Part shown: piece by piece, positions 22,972 to 37,300 of the stretch
How positions within the stretch are numbered: position 1 is the first letter of the stretch
Layout: the number at the start of each line of letters is the position of its first letter
Source: Klebsormidium nitens
Lineage: Eukaryota > Plantae > Klebsormidiophyceae
Direction: 5' to 3'
Assembly: GCA_000708835.1 (NCBI GenBank)
Contig: DF237405.1
Span: forward strand, 1-64,000
Length of the DNA stretch: 64,000 bases
Translations under genes and position numbers: made by a program
The notes under the pieces: model-generated
Database searches by the model: none
The model's input: only the letters and a program-made list of their open reading frames with translations
Told to the model about the DNA's origin: nothing

Positions 22972-24518
22972 ATGTCAAGTCCAAGTAAACGGAGGGAAAT
23001 GGACGTCATGAAGCTGTGAGTTAAGACTCTGAAAGCTGCGGCAGAACGTCATGAGGGTTTTGCACCCTGTATTCCACTTGATTTGAATGTGATTGTGCTC
23101 GTTCTCTTGCTCTGAAGGACGTCCTTCATTTCCCTTTCCAATAAGCCTTTGTGCCTGTCTTCAGCATGATGAGCGACTACAAGGTGGAAATGATCAACGA
23201 TGGTATGAGCGAGTTCTTTGTCGAGTTCCTTGGGCCAAAGGAGAGTGAGTACAATGCCCCACTTCACAATATGTCCTCCACTCTAGCTCGCGTCTCCTTC
23301 TGTCGCTTTCCTCAACATTGGCTTGTCCCCTTAAGAGCAACTGCTTGTGCTGCAGTGCTGCCGCTGTCTCTGACCAGTCCTCCAGTAGCCAAGCGGTGCT
23401 GCTCCTCTAACCCTGTAGATTTACTTGTTTTGTGCACCTTCTGCCCAATCTCAAGCTGAAGCCCTCGCTTGCACATGTTGGCAGGCCCGTACGAGGGAGG
23501 AGTCTGGAAGATACACGTGGAGCTGCCTGATGCATACCCTTACAAGTCACCATCGATTGGATTTATCAACCGGATATTCCATCCAAACGTTGACGAATTG
23601 TGAGCAACTCTGCTTGAGCTTTCTTTCGAACATTCTTCCCAGTTTATAGCATCTTCCTTGGGCAGTACTCTCTGAAGGAGGATACAGCATTGCTTGATGT
23701 TTGCAGTTTGCTTCTGAAGGGCTAGCAGGGACTCTTAGAGCATTAGTGCTGTGCGCCCCCCTGAGTTCTCTCGTCCAGATTGTGGAGCCTGTGCCATGCT
23801 CGAGTCTGCTTCTGAAGGGCTTTTCCTGCAGGTCGGGCTCGGTGTGCCTTGACGTCATCAACCAGCGGTGGAGCCCCATGTTTGGTGAGTGTCCCCAGAC
23901 GAGCCCCCCAGATGCCTTACCAAAAGAGTCATGTAAGTGTGAATCATGCTTCGGGCTGCTGACTTCTGTTCAGCTCTCAAGTTTGTGCACCTAGGATACA
24001 AGCCCAGCAGTCATAGTTGTGGAAGGTCAATGGAAACTGGCGCTGACATAGTGTGTGTGTGCCTCGTGCAGACCTGATCAACGTGTTTGAGGTGTTCCTG
24101 CCTCAGCTCCTCCTGTACCCCAACCCCACGGACCCGCTCAACGGGGAAGCTGCGGCGCTGTTGATGCGGGAGCCAGACCTGTACAAGAGCAAAGTCAAGG
24201 GTGCGCACACATGGGCCCTGGGCCTGCGGTCTGGCTTTTGCTCAGTCAAACAGCCTGGGTTGTTGCAGTGTCTGAAGATATTTCCTTTACTGACTTAAGA
24301 AGTGTGCTTGCAGATTGCGGGTTCTGTAGTTTTGCTTGTGCTGTGACGGTCATTGTTGAACGTGCTGCCCCTCTCTCTATTTTGCAGAATATTGCCAACG
24401 TTTTGCCAAGCCCGAGGACCTTGGCAACAAACCGGAACCGGAGAGTGAGGATGAGAGCGAGGATGATCTCAGCGACATGAGTGACGATGACGAGATGGCG
24501 GGGCATGCGGATCCCTAG
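22972..24518 (+). CDS. Ubiquitin-conjugating enzyme E2, UBC8/UBE2H class (plant UBC4/5/6-like), 6 exons
   Basis: [36 protein letters not shown]...[70 protein letters not shown], followed by an acidic tail. Confidence 0.96.
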
Positions 24519-25978
24519 TGCGTTATTTGGTCAAGCGCGCCTGGCAGACATCCGTCTCCACCATTTATTGCAGCACCTGTCCATAAGCGCAGTGTAAGCG
24601 CCACAGCTCTAGGGAGGACTTAGTCCTTCTGCTGGCGCTAACGCTGCCTAGTCTAGGACTCCACTGACGGTAGCCTAACGAGGGGAGCGGTTTGAAAGTA
24701 CAGGTAAAACAGGTTCTGTACTTTCAGTGGTCAAGCATTGGTTGAGAACTCCAACAGACCATCTTGTAGACATGTACATACAGCTGGTAGAATCTTGGAC
24801 AGGTGCGAGCGTCAGCAGTAGCAGGTGTACAGTATTCGCTAGATCTTGGCAGCGTTTCATTGGACAGCCAACAAAAGGCAATCAGATATGGTGAGCTTTA
24901 GCACTACTCATGTACGTGGCCTTTGAGGTGCCTACATGCATGGACATGATCGTGCCGGACCAGCTCTTGCAACGACCATGCGTTGTATGTAAGGAAACAA
25001 CTTGGGTGGCGGCTGTGATCCTTTGATTGACGCGCGGGCATTTGCGGAGCAGCTATGGAATTACTTTGATCAGCAATCTCAGCTCTTGAGTCAGCCAGCT
25101 CTTGGCGGTCAGTCGATGAAGATTGTACATATATGCCATGCTGCAGCTACGGTCGACATGCATGCTGATATATACATATACGAGACGTTGCGCCCACAGT
25201 GCGATCCACCGGGCCAGGCTGGCCGTTTCCGAATTGCCGCCATGTCTCGATCAATTCAGCTCTTCGATTAAGTCATGCAATTACTGCAATTCATTAAACG
25301 AATCACTTAACACTCTTGTGCGCAGCTAATCTAAGTGACACATTACAAGTCTACAATTATAGATCGGCTATGGACAGTTGACCTGATTCGCGCCCATTAT
25401 CATGCATGACCGCCAATGATGCAGCGCAAGTATTGAGTCAATGGCCCTTAAAATTGTTTGTATACGGTGGGTAGTAAGCTCCGAATGTGACCCGAACTTC
25501 TAGCAAGTCATGCGTTGAGAACGTATATCTCTTGTGAGTTGATGATCAGCTCAAGATCTGTTGATGACCTCTGTAGATTACCGTATATATCCCCCAACGT
25601 TCGATCAGACAGTCTGGATATTGACAAAAGGACCACATGCAGCGCTGTTCATGTCAGCACAAACGATTTTCTAAGTTGACTCCGGCTGTAACCGGCTATT
25701 GCTACCCCCACTGCATATGGAAACTCGAAATAATTGCATTGATCAAGCCGTCATCCTCTACTGTAGTATTGGATGAGACATGTTGGTCCGAAAACAGTCA
25801 AGTCAGGCTTATGTACAGGAGATGTACAGCTTGCAACCTATGATAGTTAAAATCTTTGTGACAGTTGGCAACGATCGGCAACCGCCTAAGGGTCAGCGCT
25901 TGTTTGCGTGCGCGTGCTTCAGACCAGAACGTCCTGATGTCGGGGCAGGATTGACCTGTATGTCAGCGTCCTTTCCGG

Positions 25979-28900
25979 TCAGGTTTGTTGCTTCTTTGAA
26001 GTTGCATCTCGTTTGTCAGCCTCGTCTGGAAGCACCTTGTACGGGTTCAAGATGCCACGCGGATCCAGCAACCTCTTCAGACTCGCCATCAGCTCAATCT
26101 GCAAACACCAGGACCTGCGAGTCAGTCCTGTACATTTCAACAATCCCATTTTGGATTCAGGTCATACCAGGACTCCTGTTCATCTAAGGCGGCAGAGAGA
26201 CACAAAAATGTTACTTCGTCAACCGCACGAACGGCGGGGTGCGCCACGATGCGAGCCCCATGCAACTAAAGGGTGTGCACACGTGGCCGAACCTCCCTCA
26301 CCGCGCTGTCCGCCTTGCTGTAGCGCAGCGCGTGCGGCTTCATCTGGCCCAGCCCGTGCTCCGCACTGATGCTGCCGCGGTGCTGCGCGGTCCACTCGTA
26401 CACCCACGGCTCCAGCCGCGCCCGCAGCGCGTCGCTGTACGCGGGCGCGGACACGTTGAGGTGCAGGTTGCCGTCGCCCAGGTGACCGTACCCAACCGCC
26501 ACCCCCAGCGGCCCTGCAACAGCACGAGACACGACGCGGGCTTCAGCGGCACAGCAAGCCACCAAGAACACACCCCACGGTGCACCAGGAACAGCATCCA
26601 AGCTCCTTTGCCAGGCCCTTTGACAAAACTGGAAGGAGCATCGATTAACGTCCTGTGAATCTCAAAGCGGTCCAGAAAGCACTCCGAATCGTCGGAAAGT
26701 CCGTTGGTTCTCCCCCCCTCCTTGTCCGCTTCACCTGTGGACCAGCGCGCTCACCGATACGCTGCTGGGTGTCCTCCACGAGGCGGTACAGGTCCGTGAC
26801 GGGCAGCGAGAAGTCGTACTTGTAGACCACGCCGTTTTTGGCCAGCGACTCGGTGATGCCCTCGCGGATGGCCCACAGCCCCGCCGCCTGGCCCGCATCC
26901 TGCGCAATGGTGCCGTTCTGCACCACCTCCCCCGCAGAAGCAGCTTCCAGGAACGCGTCCCATTTGGCGCTGCACGGGCCAAGCGGAGAGCGACTTCAAA
27001 GACGTCTCGACGCAGGAAACGGCAGCCGTTGAGGTCCAGGAATTGAAGGAGATTCGTTGGGGGCGGTGACAGCATTTCCCCAAACGAGCGAGCAGCTTTA
27101 TAAGAATAATAGAGCTTGCCGAGGATGCTTTTCTGTCAATGCATCCATTCCTGAAGTTCGACATACGTGGCAGGACGACTTCGGGCAATGAGCTTCATGG
27201 AATAATCGGACGGTCTAAGTCAAGATCGCCAGTCACAATGAGCGGACGGGGACTTCTGGCTTGGCTCTCGCATATTATGATATGCCCCAAGAAAACGAAG
27301 TCAGCTAGAGCAATTTTCCACCACTGTCTGTGCCAAATCAATGAATGGCATCAACTTGGGCCAGACCGCAAATGACGGCACGCAATTGCTCTGACCTGTC
27401 GTGCTCCTGGTTGCTGCCGGCGGTCTCGACCAGCAAGTAGAAGGGGTACGGCGGGGCGCCATCCTCCTCAGGGGGCAGGGGGTCGCGGATGGCGGAGTGG
27501 TGCTTGAGGACGAGGTCCAGGCAGGTGCGGTCGAAGAACTCGAATGCTGACAGGACTTCGCCCAGCTCCTGCTTGGCCAGCCGGAATGCTGTCTGCAAGA
27601 CCACGCAGCAGGCAGAGCTGTCAGAGATTGATACTCCCTAATCACGCGAAATTGATTTATCTGACTCAATCAGGAGCTCAATCGGCATCTCAGACTTATC
27701 TGCACAAAATAGCAGATTGTGACTGCCTGTCCGTGACAGTAGCCCCCCGAAAACCTCTGGTCGTACAGAACCACCGAAGAAAGGGGAGAAGTGCAAATAG
27801 AGCCGCTGCTTTCACTTGAGACTTTCGTCACGAAAACGAAGTCCAGTTTTGTCGTCCTAGTACAATTAGTGGAGCAAGCACGACTCACGAGCGCATCCTG
27901 GAAGCTGGCGCAGGCGAGCAGTGCCACATTGACAGCGCGTGCCTTGGGCGGGGTCAGAATGGCGGCCTGCGTGACCACGCCCAGCGTGCCCTCCCCCCCG
28001 ACAAAGAGCTGCTTGACATCGTAGCCGGTGTTATCCTTGCGCAGGGTCTTGAGTGTGTCCACCACCGTGCCGTCCGCCAGCACCACCTCCAGCCCCAGCA
28101 CGTTGCCGTGCAGGCTGCCGTAGCGCAGCAGCCGCAGCCCGCCCGCGTTCGTGCTGATGTTGCCCCCAATCTGGCAGCTGCCCTTGGCGCCCAGGTCCAG
28201 CGGGAACACAAACCTGGGGGGAGCAGGCGGGCATAAGTACCAAATCCAGCTCACAAGCCCTGCTGAAAACATTGGACTCGATCTTATCGAAGTTGTCATC
28301 AATAAACTCATTGGCCATACTCAGTGGACAAATGCGAACCATGGAGTGACTTTGTTGCACGCGAAGACACCACTCGAGCACACAACGAAGCATCAACTCC
28401 TTGGCGCAGAACCACGATCTATGGAGCTGACGCAACTCGGCTGGTCTAACTGGTGGCAGGCCTCACCCGCGTTCTGCCAGGTACGCGTCCACCTTCTCCA
28501 GGATGCAGCCCGCTTCACAGACCAGGATGCCGCTGACTTCGTCGAAGGAGACGATGCGGTCCATGGCCCCCAAGTTCAAGATGACCTCATCGAACAGGGG
28601 CACGCTGCCCCCCACCAGCCCCGAGTTGCCCCCCTGGGGCACAACGGCCAGGCGCCGCTCATGGCAGTGCGCCAGGACGCGGGACACCTGGGAGGGGAGG
28701 AAAGAAGTAAGGCTGTCAGTGCTTGGGGAAAGGACCACCAGCTGAACTACAGGGACTCTCCGAAGAGGGCCGATCCTTTGCAGTATGTCTATGTCACAAG
28801 GGCAAGCACTGATGATTGCCTCTTGATACAAAGGGTGACCGTTTACCTGCTCAGTTGTACGTGGGCGCAGGAGCAGCTTGCTCTTGCCATGGTACTTGTT

Positions 28901-29428
28901 CATCCAGTCCGTGTTGGCCACCGCCAGGAGGTCGTCGTCCGTGACAACACCACCAAGGCCCAGCACCCCTTGAAAGAAGCGAACGTCATCTGAGGTCAAC
29001 TGCGCAAAGGAGGGGTCCCTAGCTGGCACAGGGGCACTCGCAGAGTAGCTTCTCCATTGCTGGCTTTGCAAGGGTGGTGTCCAAGGAGAGACTGCCATTT
29101 GTGGCCATCGCCAGCTTTGTGATCCCGGCCACTGCCAGCTGGCATCCCTGCAATTCACCTCAGAGCAGGTCCCTGACGCTGCCCGTGCTGCATTCATCGA
29201 GCTGCGCAGCCTATCGCCACTGCCAGCTGAAGCAGAGGGCATGGAGGCGGCGAGCTCTACGAACTCGTGCCTGCATTGCGACTCAGCATTCGACCCATGG
29301 CCAGCTTCAACACGAAGAGGAGCTGCAGGCAAGGGCGTACACAACTCCAGCCTCTCCGCAAATGTGGCTAGCACGCCTGTCCATGAAGCTCGCATGCGGG
29401 CCAGGCTGCCCACCCGCAAGATCCCCAT
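25979..29428 (-). CDS. D2HGDH: D-2-hydroxyglutarate dehydrogenase (FAD-linked, mitochondrial-type presequence); start may be 29428 or a downstream ATG
   Basis: [122 protein letters not shown] and [14 protein letters not shown]. Confidence 0.96.
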
Positions 29429-30554
29429 TGAGAAAGTCCTGCTAAGAGATTATTGAAGCTCCACCATCTTCAATCCCAGGTACAGAAGAGCTCTGAAGAG
29501 GGCCATATTCTGGCGTGGCGCAAATGTATATGGCCCTGATAAACTTATAGGTGCTGCCCCACGGGCCACTGCATTTGCATGGATTTTGAATGAGACTTGA
29601 CTAGGCCGGCGATTCGCCATGATTCGTTGCGATCGTTCGGCCTCCTTTGCCGAATCAAAATCGTTATATTATCCACATGGCAGCCTTGCTCAAGCTTGGA
29701 GCTTGTTGAGCCATCCGATAAACGCTTTTCTAATAGATCCGACGGCCAACGTGACTTTTAGCTTTTGACTCAAAACTCGGGCCATCCAGGTACCTACGGT
29801 ATATGTATTCGGTACCTTTGTCAAGACTACGGTATGTAGGTACATTACCTAGGACTACAGGTCATTGCGTCACTGGTCACTTGTGAATCGTTGTTTCAAC
29901 CTGAGAGTTCTGCAAGCTTTTCGGTCAATTGCGGAATGCTCTGATTTAGCTGTACACAGGTGGGGATGGTGGCTTAGCATACCTATCCGCCCCTACATCT
30001 GAGAAAAGGCCACGATTCACAATCACGCTTGAAGGATGGAATGCACCAACAAGTCTTGCCACGAAACCGCTGGTAAATATGACTTTTAGGGGATCGCAGA
30101 CACATCATGCATAACTCAATATTCGAATTCGGAAATGCAGATCAATCACGATTCGCGACATCCTTTTTAAAGTACGCCGTAGCCAAACCACTTAGAGATA
30201 CCCACTTTCTGATAGGTCGTGACTAACAACAGATGCCATGATGTCAGAAACCCAAGCAGTCTGGAACTACCACTCATGACAGATAGAGACGTATTGAGAT
30301 CCAAAAAATCCACCCTCGTTCTAAGCACTTCAAAAACATACCCACACATTCCATGTGCCACATTGCATAAAAGCGTTCATGAACATTTACGACATCCGAT
30401 GCCCAAACCTGCATTAAACTCAGTGCATCCAAACAACCTCGATATGCATGTGTACACGCCTTTCGCATGAAAGACCAATCTCCTCCAACAACTGCACCAA
30501 GTGCGCATGAGTCCGGCCACACCGTTCCCGACCAACTTTTGTCCGTCAAGCCCC

Positions 30555-33534
30555 CTATTGCGACACGCCCAGCCACTTCTGGAAAACGTCGAACTCGGTG
30601 TAGTCGCTGTCGCTGATCATGGTCTTGTAGTGCGCCTCGCCCGCCTTCTTCACCTCCTCCTTGCTCGCGCCAACCGTCCGCTTGGCCGCCAGCTTCTCCG
30701 CTCTGCCCTTGGCCTGCCGGGCCTGGATACGGAGAACCCCAGGGTTCAGGAACACATGGGTTGATTAGACGGCTTGGGATAAGTAAGGAGGCAATCAGTC
30801 CAGCAACTTGCTAATCTGGTGGCTTTGTCAGGTGGGCAAGTTGAAGCGCTAGCATCTGCCCGTTTTGGTACAGCTGCTACGCAAAATATCAAGCACTTGC
30901 TGACTGTATCCATCAGACGTTTTCCACAATCGACTTAAACTCGCAATTGTTGAGCAGACTCCACAGGGACAACGAGAGAATTCCCCACCGCCATCAGGAT
31001 GAAAAAGGAACTTAGGAGGCCCCTATGCAGCCCTGACATGCAGAATACAACCGTGGGTCCATGCTCCTCACCGACGCCAGCAGTTCCAGCCTGCGAGCGG
31101 ACTTGGCGAAGGGGTTGAGCTTGAGGAGGGCTCCCAGGTTCTTGAGGGGGTTCTTCTTGAGGGGCCGCCTCTTGAGCTCCTTCTTGGGGGCCTTGACCTG
31201 GAGCAGGAGTGCCTTGACAGGTCAGAGAGGATAGAACGGGGCGGCTTCAGTGGCAACCGGACTGGCCGTTGCCTGTGCATACACCGTATAAACGAAGTGA
31301 TGACCATCGAATTGCCGGGTGGCAAGAGTATTGGTGTCAGCGGAGACTGGTTGTGGGAGGGACGGAAGCGTTGCGGGGCTTACGATGCTCTGGATCTCAT
31401 CGCTGTTGATGATGCGGGTGAGGTCGGAGTTGGCCATGATGGAGCGCGGCAGCTTGTAGCCCTTCTTGGCGGTGGACGGCTTGTCGTGGGTGCCGTAGAT
31501 GCTGTCCAGCTTATCGAAGGCGCTCTGGGTCCACACGATGAAGCGCCCCAGGTGACCTCCGGGCGCCAGCTGCAGCAGGTTCAGCCTGCACAGGACGGGG
31601 GCTGCGTCCGGCAACTAATGCAGCGTGCGGAATACCAGGGATGCTGGTTGCGAAATCAAAGTACAACAATCAAACATCCAAGCTGCCCGTGCTCGGGCTG
31701 TGCCGAGCAAAAGGTATCCTGATTCACTGTCAACTTTGGCCAACCCATGTTGTATCTTGTGGGGCGACCGTAAGACTAAAATATGTTTGCCTTCCACCTT
31801 GATCTAGACCTGCCGGATCGAAAGCAACATACGTGGACATGCGGTGCCTGCACTTCATGTAACCGTCTGAGTTCACCTTGCTGAATTTGTCGCTAGTTTG
31901 CGAAACCTGTGCTTGACGGAGAGCATCTTCGCATGAATGCTAAACTTACTGAAACTGTGCTTCAGCTGCTTCGATCAAAGGCTATACAGCAGACAGCCCG
32001 CACGACCCCGCGTCAACCACACTCTCAGACAGACGTGTTCGAAATCATCCCTGCTTCTAATCCATGATGAGAACTTGTCAAATCAAAAGTGGTTCAATGC
32101 ATTGAACCGCCGTTCTTAGAGGCAGGATATCACACTGCACCTCAACTTATAACCCTTGCTCCACTTCTCTCGAAAACCCATCGCAACCGTCCCCCATGCT
32201 TGCAGTTGAAAGGCTGCACTTTCAACCTGACTGTCAGAGGGATGCAGGCAACGAGGCTTGAGGGCAGACAGAGTAGACGTTTGTCCCACCTGTCCACAGA
32301 CGCCACCTCCACCCCCGGGATGTTCCTGAAGGACTTGGCAATCTTGGCCCCCTCCGTGCCATAGACCACCAGCGGCCCCTTCCTGGACACATAGCGCCGG
32401 TTGCGCATCTTGCCCTTGCCCGAGCGCAGGTTCCTGCTGTCCTTGGCCTTGAGCACATCCTCGTACGCGCCGATCTTCCTCAGGATCTGCACAGCAGATA
32501 CAGGCCTGCCTAAGGCACACAACTCGGAACAAGAACCTTGAGAGTCCCTGTCCTACCCATCGATATGTCATACCTGGTAATGGTTCAGATTGATGCGGCT
32601 CACAGATGCTGGTACAGCAATTAGTGAAGTTGCACTGTTTGAGGAATTGCTGCCTATGCTAAACAAGGCTGTATTTGAATCTCCGCTAGAGCATACATGA
32701 TGCAAATACCAAATACCTGTCTCTGTCCCAGCCGTGTCCCGGCAACAGATACCTGGCCCCAACAAGCTGGACACATGCCGGTCATTTGCGACCAGTCAAA
32801 CCATTACCGCATCAGCATTGAGAAGCACCCAAAATCTTAGAGAATCACAAGCCGCCCAAAGGTGCACATCAAGAAGTAAAAGCACATTTGGTAATGGTTA
32901 ATCAACCACAGCAACCTACGTAAGTACCGTACTTTACTTCCGGCCAGATGGGATAAGGTAAAATGCATAAGCCAATAAATTATCTTGGTGCAACCTTTAC
33001 CAAAACTTGCTCCCCGCGGCTCACCTTGACAGCGTCCTTGGTCCTCTCGAGGCCCTCCACCTCATCATGCAGGACCAGCGGGACCTCCGCCACCTTCTCA
33101 ATCTGGTGACCGCGGGCAAGGACCAGGGCAGGCACTGCGGACGCGGCCAGAGCGGAGGCAATTGCATACCTCTTCTGGTTCACATTCACCTTCCTGTGCC
33201 ATCTCCTCCAGGTCTTGTTGGGCGCAAACATGCGACCCCCTCGGCACATGTTGCCAAACGCTCCCTGTCCCGCCCGGTGTGTCCCGCCACCAGGAACACG
33301 AGGGATACGGGACACGGCCCGACCCGTCCCCCATGACTCTGCTGACGTCTGGTGCCCAGCCTTCACGCTGACAGCATACGCCTGCCTCTTGTTCTTGTTC
33401 AGGCTGGTGTGCACAAATTGCACAATATCGGGACGGATGGGGGCAGTGAACACGGAGGGGAGGTGGGTCTGGCTCTCATCCTTGCTGTCCCCTCCCCGCT
33501 GCACGGTCACGAGGGGTCTCGCAGCGGCCGCCAT
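30555..33534 (-). CDS. RPL4: 60S ribosomal protein L4 (uL4), multi-exon
   Basis: [11 protein letters not shown]...[12 protein letters not shown]...[21 protein letters not shown]...[14 protein letters not shown]...[12 protein letters not shown]...RNIPGVE...[19 protein letters not shown]...[10 protein letters not shown]. Confidence 0.98.
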
Positions 33535-34315
33535 CGTGATCGTGCCGTCTCACCTGCCCTGCAGCAGAGAGAAAGAGGACCAGAAAGCCACGCAGGCTTG
33601 GGCTTTCAATCTGCTCAGTCAAAATTCCAACTCTATCGGGGGGCTAGAATCGTCCGTAAATTCGAGGGGGCTATGTAAGATCTTCGCCAGTGTGCGCGCG
33701 CGGTTTTACTAATATTAACAAGTGCTTGGACGTCAAAGACCGGACGCAAAACGGCCCCTCGGAAAATTCAAAATCTGTGCAAGAAGCCAGCTAGCTTGAG
33801 CAGACGCACTGGTCTACAACAAGGGAGCAAGGGCGCTATGGGTCCTTTCTAATAGTAGAGGAGAGGCTGGAAAGCTGTCCTGCATCTGCACTCTGCTTCT
33901 GGTGTAACAAAGCTGCGTGAACTGAATCCAAGGTAGGTGGTCACATTCCAAAACAGGTGAAAAGGCCACCTGACCTGGGAGGAGCCTAAATGGGCCGGAC
34001 GAAAGAGCAGGACTTCAATATTCAAGGCAAGCACTTCCAACCCTATCCGTAGCTACAGTTTGGAAAGGGCGACTCTAATGGATGTGTTACCCGTTGGTAA
34101 AATGCTGGAGAACATCTCACTGGTTGGGACACACCATTTGGCCTTTCTGCACAAGGTGCCCCTGTTGAAAGCTGCGTGGGGTGCAAGATGCTCCAACCAT
34201 GTCGGTTGTCCTCCAATCACGGCATCAAATGAAGGCAGGAGGAGTGGCACTCAAAAAGCTCCCTTACAATGTGGAGTATATGAACCGCTGTACTTGTTGC
34301 AGGCGGCCCAGCTGA

Positions 34316-37300
34316 ATGAGCGACTTAGCCACAGCAATGGACCCCGATCAGGTGTACCTCTTCAGGATTAGTGTGGACGTCAGGAACTTCCGAGCTCTTA
34401 GAAGGTTGCCCCTGCCTGTGGCTGCCATCTATGTCAAGGTCCTCTTCCCAAGGGAGATTGTGCAACTGGCAGCAGAGGGCACAGCCAAGCAGCCAGGTAC
34501 GAGAGCAAGCCCGTGCATCCCCCAGGTGCATTGGTCAAATAGAGAATTCTCGCAAATTTCCTTCACATTTGCTTCGCTTGCAGGGCGCTTTTTTGGCAAT
34601 ACCTCAAAGCAGAAAATTATGGTCCCAGTTAATGGTGACATGTGTCGCCTTCTTTGTGCAGGCGCCAGCGTCGCTGCCCTCACAGCTCCACTCCGGACGC
34701 ACCCCCCTCAGGAGGTGGCGCGGCAGACAGAGGTGGCCCTGACGAATGGCTTTGTTGCCCTGGAGCTGCCTGCCACTATCCTGGCCATGGCAACAGCACT
34801 GGCCAGGGGGGCAAAGCTGGTGGCGGAGGTGAGACCCGCATGCCACACAGCCACCTCGCCATGGAGGAGACGCCACCAGGGTGGCTTGAAGAGCAAGTCA
34901 GGCAGTGCATGGTGCACCCTGCTACAACACTAACGGCAAGCTGGGAGGGTCTACAGCTGCGGAACTTATAACAGCCCAACTTGCAGGCCTGCACCTCCAA
35001 GCCACGGTCTTCTGATTCTTCTTCCTTAAGGGTTAACATAGGACGACGTTTGCCATTTCCTTATGAGAATCTCAGGCTACTGCGATCAAGCCAGATCAAT
35101 AGAGCTGATGTCAGAAGGCCACTTTGCCACACTCCGTTCAACCCTTCCTCGCGGTCAGCCCCCCACCTTCACCCTGCATCAGGTATACCACCGCGACCGC
35201 TACACTGCGGACCGTCTCCTGGGGCGTGGCACCGTCCCCCTGGCTGCGCTGCTGGAGGAGCCGTGGCTGGACGGCTACGTCCCCATGCTGGCCAGCAAGG
35301 CCGTGCGCACGCAGCGCGGGACCCCGCCCGCCATGGAGCGCGTCGCAGTGGGCAGCCTGCGCCTCGTGCTGCTCATTGAGGAGCTGGGGCCAGCAGTGGG
35401 GCCGGCCCGTGTCAAGCGGCGCTCGGAGGCGGCCATTCGGCCCGAGGTGCCGCCGTCGGCAGCAGAGGACCTGCCGTGGCCCGAGGCGGAAGGTGGGGTG
35501 GAGTTACCAGAGTATGCGGGCAGTGTGTATGCGTCAGATGCAGAGGAGAAGCAGGAGGGGGGAAGCGCAGCATGGGCGAGCACGCCAGGCAGCCGGCCAG
35601 CGGCGCTGGCAAGGGACCAGGATGCGAACGGGGAGGGTCGGGAAGAAGTCGAACGGAGGGTGCTTACTGATGAGGTTTTTGGTGAAGCGGCGGAGTTACG
35701 CAAGGAGGTACAAGGGGGCAGTGGCCTTGAGCCAGAAGCCAAGGTAGTGGCCGAAGCAAGTGGGCTCAACGGGATCGAAAGAACAGAGGGGGACCCGGAT
35801 ACGCTGGAGCAAAGGGCGCAGCGACCAGTTTCCCGCTCGGCAACCCCAACGGAGGTCAGGATTCAGGACAGAAGGATAGGGGAGAGCGGAAGGGCAGAGT
35901 CTGATGGGGTCGAAGCGGCTGCAACAGGCAGCAGGGCAGACGGTGAGGGGCAAGACGCTGTGCTAAATGGGGGGAACCATGGAGCGGGGACGCCGGCAGG
36001 CATCCGGGAAGGGGCAGAGTATGAGGCAGCGTGGGCACTGGAGATGTGGAAGAGGAGCGAGGTAAGTGGCGCAAGCAGGGCCAGTGGCAACCGACACGTA
36101 TGCCAGCAGGCTGATCAGAAGTCACAGACCCAAGGACACGTTCTACTAAGCACGCTGCACATGCTGGAACCTGTTCAATATTCCGGTCAAAATTCGAGAT
36201 GATGTTTAGACCCTCGAATACGATTGCTGCATGGAGCTTGGATTTGGAAGGCGTGCTGTTTTGGCTTCTGCAAGTTGTTTTTCATCTCTTAGGGCCTCAC
36301 AATGTTTGCTATGCTACAGAGGCGTTTCAGAGCCCACCCCAGCTTCTCCAAGCTGTGGTGGTTGGACATTGACACTGGTGTGCTTTGAAGCAGACTCTCC
36401 GATGTGACGCCACCACCGTGTGCAGGAGTCAAAATTCATGGCCGAGCTTAAGGAGCGGGAGGCGGCGAGGATGGCAGCTCTAGAAGAGGAGTGGAAGAAG
36501 CGGGAAAAGGAAAGGGTGAGCCTGCTCTTCCAGTTTACCTTGAGGCTTTTTTTCATGGGCTGGTGCTCAGCTGAAAATCTTCTTCTAACAAAGGATCACC
36601 GAATCGAGTGTCTGTCTAGGTTGAACCGGTGATTCTAAGTATACAAGGTAGAAGGCTGGCTGCCTCTATCATGTGTAACGATTCATGAATGCTTGGCAGC
36701 CTGCTCGACGTCATCAGCTTTAGCCCCGCAGCCGGGATCCGCATGCATCAAGAAATGCCCATCACCCTGCTGAGGCCCTTGAACCTGCTGATATGCAATA
36801 CGGAACGATTTTGAACTTCAATTCCGAGGACAATCTATGGCAATGCTCTCTGATTGCAGTCGCTTGTTGCAGTGCATTGAAGTTTGCTTGTAGCTGTAGT
36901 GGTCAGTGCGCTTGCTGGCGTGCAGGTGGCGGAGGTGGCGGCGGTGCGCGCGGAGCACGCTGTGCTGGGGGCCAAGCTGGAGGAGCAGCTGGCCAGCCTG
37001 GCGGGGCGCGAGAAGAAGCTGCTGGCCGCCGAGGAGGCCGCGTCCACCAGGAGGGAGGCCCTCGAACGGGACCACGCGCACAGGACCGCCGATGCCAAGG
37101 TGGGCCACGTGGCAGGAATGGTCGAGGAAAGGACGATGGACGCGCGACCCCGAGAGTGGGAGCTTGGAACATGCGACTTCCGCGTGCGTGATGATTGTAA
37201 AGAAGGGGGCTCGTTGTTAGAAACTTGCTCCTTGACTGATTGAGTGCAGCAGACGTAGATATATTCCTGCTCTTTCCTCGACTGGCCGCTGAAGTGTCCA

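Noticed and set aside
29499-29537. 10-bp inverted repeat AGGGCCATAT...ATATGGCCCT upstream of D2HGDH
   Set aside because: Too short, with no TSD or second copy in the window, so it is compatible with chance.
30750-33020. Search for C/D-box snoRNAs in RPL4 introns
   Set aside because: I found no properly spaced sense-strand RUGAUGA...CUGA pair. The ATGATGA near 32066 is antisense to RPL4 and lacks a D box.
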